A stretch of 64,000 nucleotides of DNA from Nitrospinaceae bacterium (GTDB lineage: Bacteria > Nitrospinota > Nitrospinia > Nitrospinales > Nitrospinaceae). The stretch is taken from the NCBI GenBank assembly GCA_965223665.1, contig OZ245011.1:608001-672000 (forward strand). Reading direction: 5' to 3'. Below, piece after piece: positions 58,066 through 64,000 of the stretch. The notes under the pieces were generated by a model. That model was not told where the DNA came from. It did not search any database and saw only the letters and a program-made list of their open reading frames with translations. The position numbers were made by a program, and so were the translations under genes. The stretch's first letter is position 1; each line of letters opens with the position of its first letter.

Positions 58066-59895
58066 TTATAAATCCTGAATAAACTTGGGTGCATAGGTAC
58101 GCACCTGTTTTCCATTCAAAACATGGAAACGACGAATTCGTTCTATAGTTTGTGCAGAAAATCGCTTTAAAGGTATATGGACAATATGTTTTTTATATTG
58201 TCTTGAAAGCCGCCTCCAATCAGCTTTTGGTGGACCAGGAGAGACAACAAGAACATTTTTTTCCCTCGAATGAAAAAAGGCGGCCTCAAGCAATTTTTCT
58301 TCTAAAGTTTGAGAAAGAAATAACCTTGGATCTTCCCAAATATTTATAATTGGACGTGGAGGGTAAATCATCATACATCCGCCATAAGTTGCCTTACCAA
58401 TCCCTGGGCCTATTAATTCACTCATATATTCTGTTGCAAAAAAACATAAGGTGGATTCATCTTTATGTTCTGCATACCAAGTTTGCCGCCAGGGGTATCG
58501 CTCCGGATGAGGCTCCATTTCAAAAAGAAAGACCACCACTTCAATAGTACCTTTTGATGGAGGAATTTCTTTTACATAAATATCTCCTGAATACCAATTT
58601 CGAAGCGTATCCCGAATATCAATCCCGTCTTTCACTGATGAAGTGAATTTTTCCGTCCGTGCTAAATCATTTGCCAGTAAAAGTTTTGCTTGTTCACGAA
58701 CATGAGTGTTTAAGCTTTCTATGCGTTCATCTTCTGGAGGCCAGGAGCATTGGCCATAGGGGTCCCAGGTGTATTTCCACTCTTCTTTTTTTTCGGGTTT
58801 GGGTTCTGGTTTTAGATCTAGTGTCCTCCATATAAATTGGGTTTCCGAGAGACGGTTCTTCATTTTATATTTTTGGTTTTCTTCAAAAAGTCCCTCATTT
58901 ATTCCAAGGGAAAGGGATTCCAAATTAGTTGTGTCTTTTTGAAAAGGGTATTCTCTAGCCGCTTCAACCAAACTGATTGCAAAAGAATCACCGCCAATTT
59001 GTTTGGCTGCAGTTACAAGTGTAAATAAATCAGGCGATAGACGATTTTCCAACAGTGTTAAATTACGAACATACTGAAGAAAAATCTGGAAAGTTTGTGC
59101 CGTCAAATTGTGATATTTCAATTTATATTTTTCCAGAAACTTTTCTCGTCCTTTTAATAAAATTTCTTTAACACCATCCAGAGTAACATTTTTATCTGTT
59201 TGTAATTCCTGTCGCCGCTTTTCATACAAATAGGTAATGTAAGGAAATTCACTTAATGCAAAAAATAATGTTGATGGATCCACTCCAAATAAATCCGGTT
59301 GATTATTAGCTTGAGATTGTTTTGGATATTCCCTTCTTTCATTAAAAGCCTCTTTAATCCATGGCCAATCCAAAATGGAGCATATAAAAATTATGTTTGA
59401 AAAGTCCATTTCTAATTGATGAAGTTGGAATGCCATCCATCTCGCTCTTTGGTCATGTTGACTCTCTTGGGCCGGCCTTTTAATTGAGGGTAAAATTGCG
59501 GTTGCAAATTTTTCTAACGACATTTCATTTAGGGCATAAGAATCAGGAAAATCAAAATCCCTAACCTCATAGTTTTCTACACTTAAATCTATAAACCTTC
59601 TTGGTATTCCCTCTTGTTGAGCAATTCGAAGACCAGTGATAATAGGTTGGGTAGGGTCTATAGGAACATAGTTGATGACATTTTCAGGTTCCTCTAAGCA
59701 ACTAATAGTAATATAGGGGAGCTTTTGCAGTCCCTGTTCAACAGAATTTTGGAACTCTGGTGGAAGACAAACTGCTAAACAATCGCAACTTGAGGAAAGC
59801 ATACGTTGGCGTACTTCTCTCGCCATAACCCCACTGCCGTGAATTACCGGAAGAAATTGGATTCGATCACTTAAGTGAAATACAGAGTTTATCAT
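58066..59895 (-). CDS. Conserved hypothetical protein, likely MoxR partner
   Basis: 609 aa; LPVIHGS N-terminus, GIDIRDTLR motif; co-oriented 21 bp after the AAA gene. Confidence 0.65.
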   Translation of the reverse strand: MINSVFHLSDRIQFLPVIHGSGVMAREVRQRMLSSSCDCLAVCLPPEFQNSVEQGLQKLPYITISCLEEPENVINYVPIDPTQPIITGLRIAQQEGIPRRFIDLSVENYEVRDFDFPDSYALNEMSLEKFATAILPSIKRPAQESQHDQRARWMAFQLHQLEMDFSNIIFICSILDWPWIKEAFNERREYPKQSQANNQPDLFGVDPSTLFFALSEFPYITYLYEKRRQELQTDKNVTLDGVKEILLKGREKFLEKYKLKYHNLTAQTFQIFLQYVRNLTLLENRLSPDLFTLVTAAKQIGGDSFAISLVEAAREYPFQKDTTNLESLSLGINEGLFEENQKYKMKNRLSETQFIWRTLDLKPEPKPEKKEEWKYTWDPYGQCSWPPEDERIESLNTHVREQAKLLLANDLARTEKFTSSVKDGIDIRDTLRNWYSGDIYVKEIPPSKGTIEVVVFLFEMEPHPERYPWRQTWYAEHKDESTLCFFATEYMSELIGPGIGKATYGGCMMIYPPRPIINIWEDPRLFLSQTLEEKLLEAAFFHSREKNVLVVSPGPPKADWRRLSRQYKKHIVHIPLKRFSAQTIERIRRFHVLNGKQVRTYAPKFIQDL

Positions 59896-59916
59896 TCTAA
59901 AAAATTAATTTAATTA

Positions 59917-60882
59917 TTAGGAATCTCGATCAGGATGTAATGGATTATCATCTCCAAAGAAAAAATCTCCTAAACCCATTGGTAAGTTTTCCGATCCCAA
60001 TGCACGTCGCTTTTTTTCAGCCATATTTTCCAGGTTTAAAGCATCTTCCCCTAATATTTTTTCAACTGCTTCCTTCCAAATTTCATCTTTTGAGAGAGGG
60101 TGGTTTGAGCTTTGTGTTAAACGCTTAATTGCATATTGGAGGATATGAATTCCGTCTCTAGGAGAAAAATCTAAATCAAGTAGATGAGATTTTTGAAGAA
60201 AGTTTACCGTCATATCTAAAAGATCATTCTCTGCAAAAGGAAGATGGTATTTTAAAATAGCCATTTCGTCTTCATGAGTGGGCATATTTATCTGAAGTGT
60301 GGGTTGTAGTCTGGACAGTATATAATCTGGTATTTCGAATGTGGACTCATCATTATTCATTGTTATACATGAGCGAAAATCAGGATGTGCATGAATTCGA
60401 ATTCCAGCAATTATGGATTCTGCATATCGCCTGTGATCAAAAAGGGGAGCTAAAGAAGCCCAACTTTTTTCATTCATCCGGTTTCCTTCATCCAAAACGC
60501 AAATACCACCTGTAATCATTGCAGAGACTAAGGGAGAAGCATGGTAGGAAATTTTCCCTGCTTCAGATAGTACAGGAGTGATTAAAAGATCTTCTGGACG
60601 TGTGTCACTGGTGCATTGATAAATATATAGTGCTTGGTTTCTTTTTCGGGCAGCTACCATCCCTAAGGTGGTTTTACCTATACCTGGCATTCCCACAATT
60701 CTAGGAACCAGTGGTAAATCTTTTGGATCAACCAACATCCAACATGCCAATATTTGCTTTAAAATTTCCTGTTGTCCAATCCAGGTCGTTTCACTTTCGT
60801 CCGGTGGGCTAAGTGTTAGTTGAACGTCACCTATTGTGACTTTTTTATCATTCAAATTGTTTGGTTTGACGTCGTCTTTCAT
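59917..60882 (-). CDS. MoxR/CbbQ-like AAA+ ATPase
   Basis: Walker A GMPGIGKT, Walker B VLDEGNR, HPDFR..TMN. Confidence 0.88.
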   Translation of the reverse strand: MKDDVKPNNLNDKKVTIGDVQLTLSPPDESETTWIGQQEILKQILACWMLVDPKDLPLVPRIVGMPGIGKTTLGMVAARKRNQALYIYQCTSDTRPEDLLITPVLSEAGKISYHASPLVSAMITGGICVLDEGNRMNEKSWASLAPLFDHRRYAESIIAGIRIHAHPDFRSCITMNNDESTFEIPDYILSRLQPTLQINMPTHEDEMAILKYHLPFAENDLLDMTVNFLQKSHLLDLDFSPRDGIHILQYAIKRLTQSSNHPLSKDEIWKEAVEKILGEDALNLENMAEKKRRALGSENLPMGLGDFFFGDDNPLHPDRDS

Positions 60883-60982
60883 ATTTTTCCTGGAAGTAAA
60901 TAAGTTTATTAAAGGATACTATTAGGCATATAGGCTGTCAAATGTTACGATCAATAAAAAAATAATTTAGAGATTTTGTATC

Positions 60983-61633
60983 ATGCTAGTAGATATTAAT
61001 GTTAAAGGAAAAACTATTTTTATTTTAGGAGGTGGCAGAGAGGCAACACGTAAAATAGAATTGTTGCAAAGCCAGGAATGTAAATTATATGTATTTACAG
61101 ATCACGCTTCCGAAAAAATACAACAATTGGCAGAACAAAAAATATTAACTTTAAAAATTCAGAAAATTGATCCGAAAATTTTTATCGGTGAAATAAAACC
61201 TTATCTTGTTATGTTAATGACAGATGATAGAGAATTAAATCGAGAAATGGCTGAATCTGCTAGAAAATTGGATTGCCTTGTTTATATTGTGGATGATCCA
61301 ACCAAAAGTGATTTCAACCATCCTTCCACTATGACTTTTCACAACACAATCCAAGTTGCATTGTCGACAGGAGGGAAAAGTCCCCTAATGGCAAAAATAA
61401 TCAGGCAGAAAATTCAACCCATTCTTAATGAATTAATTCAATACGAAGATGCTATTCTGATAGAATTATTGGGAAATATCCGTGAACAAGTGAAACAGAG
61501 CATTCCAAATCAAAAATCCAGGCAACAGTTTTTTGATTCCATTAGGAATAATCCCCAAATAATAAAATTAATTTCCCAAAAACAATTGACTCAAGCAGAG
61601 TCTTTAGCCCTTTCTATTTTAAAAGAGTTTTGA
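60983..61633 (+). CDS. Precorrin-2 dehydrogenase/sirohydrochlorin ferrochelatase (CysG N-terminal/SirC-like)
   Basis: LGGGREA.RK, VDDP..SDF..P, STGGKSP. Confidence 0.88.
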   Translation: MLVDINVKGKTIFILGGGREATRKIELLQSQECKLYVFTDHASEKIQQLAEQKILTLKIQKIDPKIFIGEIKPYLVMLMTDDRELNREMAESARKLDCLVYIVDDPTKSDFNHPSTMTFHNTIQVALSTGGKSPLMAKIIRQKIQPILNELIQYEDAILIELLGNIREQVKQSIPNQKSRQQFFDSIRNNPQIIKLISQKQLTQAESLALSILKEF

Positions 61634-61731
61634 ATTATTTCTAAGTGAATTTTGTCCTAAACTCAGGACTGATGTTAAAATGAAGAATAGAAATAATTTG
61701 AACACATTCCGGTTTTATTCGGGAGGTTGTT

Positions 61732-62328
61732 ATGGAAAATATAGACGAAATATTGGCTGATTATATTCAACGTTTTATAGATTCCAATTCTGCTGCTTTA
61801 AATATGGCAAATCACCTAAAAGCCTGTGGGATAGGTTTAAATCCTTTAATAGATCATTGCACCATTAGAACCCATAATGTTGACCAGCGTGCAAAACAAT
61901 TTTTAGATCTGGGTTATAAATTTGATAATAAAATAGGGACTCTGGAATTTGAAAGCTGGTGGGCCAAAGTCTATCGTAAACCCGGTTATCCCGCTCTATT
62001 TATTGATCAGGCTTTTGAAGGAAAAAGAGGAGAACCAAGTCTAATTCCTAATTGGGTTAATCACCATGGAGATCAATGTTTTCATCATATTGCCCTTTTA
62101 GTTGAGGATATTGAACAATGTATTCAATCTATCCAAAAAAGAGGGTTTGATGTTGCTGGAGAAATTATTGGGAACAAAGACTCGGACTTAAGGCAAGTAT
62201 TTACGAAACCAGAAATCAAAAATGGAGAAGTTTATACCGTCCTCGAATTAATAGAAAGACATAATGGCTATGAGGGTTTTCTTCCTCCTCAAGCAGATAG
62301 TTTAATGGAATCCTCACGTTTATCCTGA
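61732..62328 (+). CDS. VOC-superfamily Fe(II) enzyme, HPPD/DUF1338-like
   Basis: IDHCTIRT, FHHIAL, LRQVFT, LELIER, GF....ADSLMES. Confidence 0.65.
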   Translation: MENIDEILADYIQRFIDSNSAALNMANHLKACGIGLNPLIDHCTIRTHNVDQRAKQFLDLGYKFDNKIGTLEFESWWAKVYRKPGYPALFIDQAFEGKRGEPSLIPNWVNHHGDQCFHHIALLVEDIEQCIQSIQKRGFDVAGEIIGNKDSDLRQVFTKPEIKNGEVYTVLELIERHNGYEGFLPPQADSLMESSRLS

Positions 62329-62337
62329 TGTGGCTTC

Positions 62338-63756
62338 ATGATACGAAAAACAGACCCTGAATCAATTGCTCCTTATTTACGCGACGCTTCTAATTATTCG
62401 GAAGGAAATGCCAGTGAAGTAGTAATTCCAGAAAATCAGAAGGAACTTGTATCTTTCTTAAAACAAAACAAAAGACCCATCACTATTTCTGGAGCAGGAA
62501 CCGGGCTTACAGCCTCTAGAATCCCTTTATCTGGGATTGTCATTTCCCTGGAGAAATTTAAAAAACTTGAAACGGTTAATAATGGAAGTCTTAATGTGGG
62601 GGTGGCGGTTACTCTCAAAGAACTTATTGATCATTTAAAAGGATCAAATTGGTTTTATCCTCCCAATCCAACAGAATGGTTGGCTTCTATTGGTGGAACA
62701 TTAGCCACGAATGCTTCTGGAAGCAGAAGTTATAAATATGGTTCCACTAGAGACTATGTATTGGAATTAGAAGTGGTCTTTAGTGATGGGAGGACCACAA
62801 GGATATCCAGAGGGGAAAAAACAAATCAACCTTTGCATTTAAGTGATGGCACTGAGATTAAGTTTCCATTCATAAATTATGAAAGTCCTATTTGTAAAAA
62901 TGCTGCTGGATATTTTATTCGAAAAGAAATGGATTGGATTGATTTATTTTTAGGTTCTGATGGAACTCTGGGGATATTTACCGAAGTTAAACTTAAACTT
63001 TTACCTTCACCAAATAAGTTTCTTAGTGCAATTTTATTTTTTAAAAGCGAAGAAGATTGTTGGGATTTGGTAGAAAAGGTTAAAAATAATAATGATGAAA
63101 ATATTAGCCCTTGTTCATTAGAATATTTTGATCAGTTTTCACTAAATCGATTAAAAGATAAATTTAGTGGTATCCCGACTTTTGGAAAAGCCGCATTGTT
63201 TTTTGAGCAAGATGTCCAACATGAAGATGAATTTAACCAATGCCTAGAGATTTGGTATGAATTTTTAGATGCTGAGAAGGTGCCTCTGGAAGATTCGTGG
63301 TTCGCTGAAACGTCTAAAGATTTGGAAAAATTTCATGAATTCAGGCACCAAGTCCCCTTAATGATAAATGAAGAAAACAGTCGTTTAGGTAGAATAAAAA
63401 TTGGGACCGATATGGCCTTGGGGGATAAATATTTTAAAAAAATGATGGCTTTCTATGATGAAATCTTAAAGAAAAGTAACCTCGATTATATAATATTTGG
63501 GCATATTGGTGACAATCACCTTCATATAAACCTGCTTCCCAATAAAGATCAAATGAATATTGCACAAAAAACTTATGATGGCATGGTTGATCAAATATTA
63601 AATTGGGGGGGTACGGTTTCTGCCGAGCACGGAATAGGAAAATTAAAAAAAAGGTATTATCATAAAATGATTGGTACGGAAACCTTAAATGAACTTAAAT
63701 CTATAAAAAGAATATTTGATGGAGAAAATAAGCTAGGGTTAGGTAACCTTTTGTAA
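62338..63756 (+). CDS. FAD-linked oxidase (GlcD/D-2-hydroxyacid dehydrogenase family)
   Basis: GAGTGL, IGG..ATNASG, GSDGTLG, FGHIGDNHLH, SAEHGIG. Confidence 0.92.
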   Translation: MIRKTDPESIAPYLRDASNYSEGNASEVVIPENQKELVSFLKQNKRPITISGAGTGLTASRIPLSGIVISLEKFKKLETVNNGSLNVGVAVTLKELIDHLKGSNWFYPPNPTEWLASIGGTLATNASGSRSYKYGSTRDYVLELEVVFSDGRTTRISRGEKTNQPLHLSDGTEIKFPFINYESPICKNAAGYFIRKEMDWIDLFLGSDGTLGIFTEVKLKLLPSPNKFLSAILFFKSEEDCWDLVEKVKNNNDENISPCSLEYFDQFSLNRLKDKFSGIPTFGKAALFFEQDVQHEDEFNQCLEIWYEFLDAEKVPLEDSWFAETSKDLEKFHEFRHQVPLMINEENSRLGRIKIGTDMALGDKYFKKMMAFYDEILKKSNLDYIIFGHIGDNHLHINLLPNKDQMNIAQKTYDGMVDQILNWGGTVSAEHGIGKLKKRYYHKMIGTETLNELKSIKRIFDGENKLGLGNLL

Positions 63757-63887
63757 AATAAGAATGCAACTTGTCTCCCAAAATTCATATGGGTTTGTAA
63801 AGTTGACGTGTTTAATTACAAAGGGTAAAATTTCGGTTTAGATTTTTGCCATTTTTTTCAAATGGATACAGCAGTTGATGAGGCGTT

Positions 63888-64000
63888 ATGCTGGATTCTT
63901 TAAAAATTTTAATTTTAAACCAGTCTTATGAACCTTTACAGTTTTGCAGCGCAAAACGTGGAATTGTAATGGTATTAAATGGTCGTGCTGAACAAATTGA
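63888..64000 (+). CDS. HNH endonuclease family protein (5' part; runs off window)
   Basis: Hand translation MLDSLKILILNQSYEPLQFCSAKRGIVMVLNGRAE resembles the LN.SYEPL N-terminus of McrA-like HNH proteins; SD gagg. Confidence 0.65.
   Translation, partial: MLDSLKILILNQSYEPLQFCSAKRGIVMVLNGRAEQI

Noticed and set aside
356-62618. Numerous short antisense or alternate-frame ORFs in the track (e.g. 724-942, 14440-14775, 20495-20899, 37864-38154)
   Set aside because: They lie within well-supported genes and show no motifs; shadow ORFs
1-64000. CRISPR array, tRNA, rRNA or IS elements
   Set aside because: No regularly spaced direct repeats, cloverleaf signatures, rRNA-like blocks or transposase ORFs seen by eye; intergenic regions are short

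Overview
AT-rich bacterial chromosomal window, mostly housekeeping genes: partial grpE, dnaK, a small chemotaxis cluster (cheY, cheR, 2x cheX, PilZ), pyrE-lptD-folC, motA/motB/PilZ, oppDF, typA, xerD, the yceD-rpmF-plsX-fabHDG-acpP-fabF-rnc operon, mgtE, a DEAD-box helicase, murJ, thiD-tenA and a MoxR pair. A stand-alone delta subunit of the five-subunit 2-oxoacid:ferredoxin oxidoreductase suggests an rTCA autotroph, possibly Nitrospinota (inference). I saw no rRNA, tRNA, CRISPR array or IS element. Two candidate undescribed systems stand out. (1) A two-gene module at 19778-23128: an 809-aa highly cationic protein (H1-like N-terminus, about 11 amphipathic 29-aa repeats with a 116-aa super-repeat, C-terminal HExxH zincin domain) followed 9 bp later by a gingipain-like clan CD His-Cys protease without a signal peptide. 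(2) An iron-uptake operon with a Fur box at 47282-51109, in which a cytochrome c-FTR1 permease and a PepSY-TM/beta-propeller protein end in the same ungapped 51-aa His/Cys/Glu helical domain. Smaller oddities include a lipoyl domain lacking its lysine, a MotB with a ~280-aa N-terminal coiled coil, a probable ATT-initiated secreted protein, a FabI-motif reductase, an HglS-like/D-2-hydroxyacid dehydrogenase pair and a candidate sRNA hairpin. All calls come from reading motifs by eye; no database searches were run.
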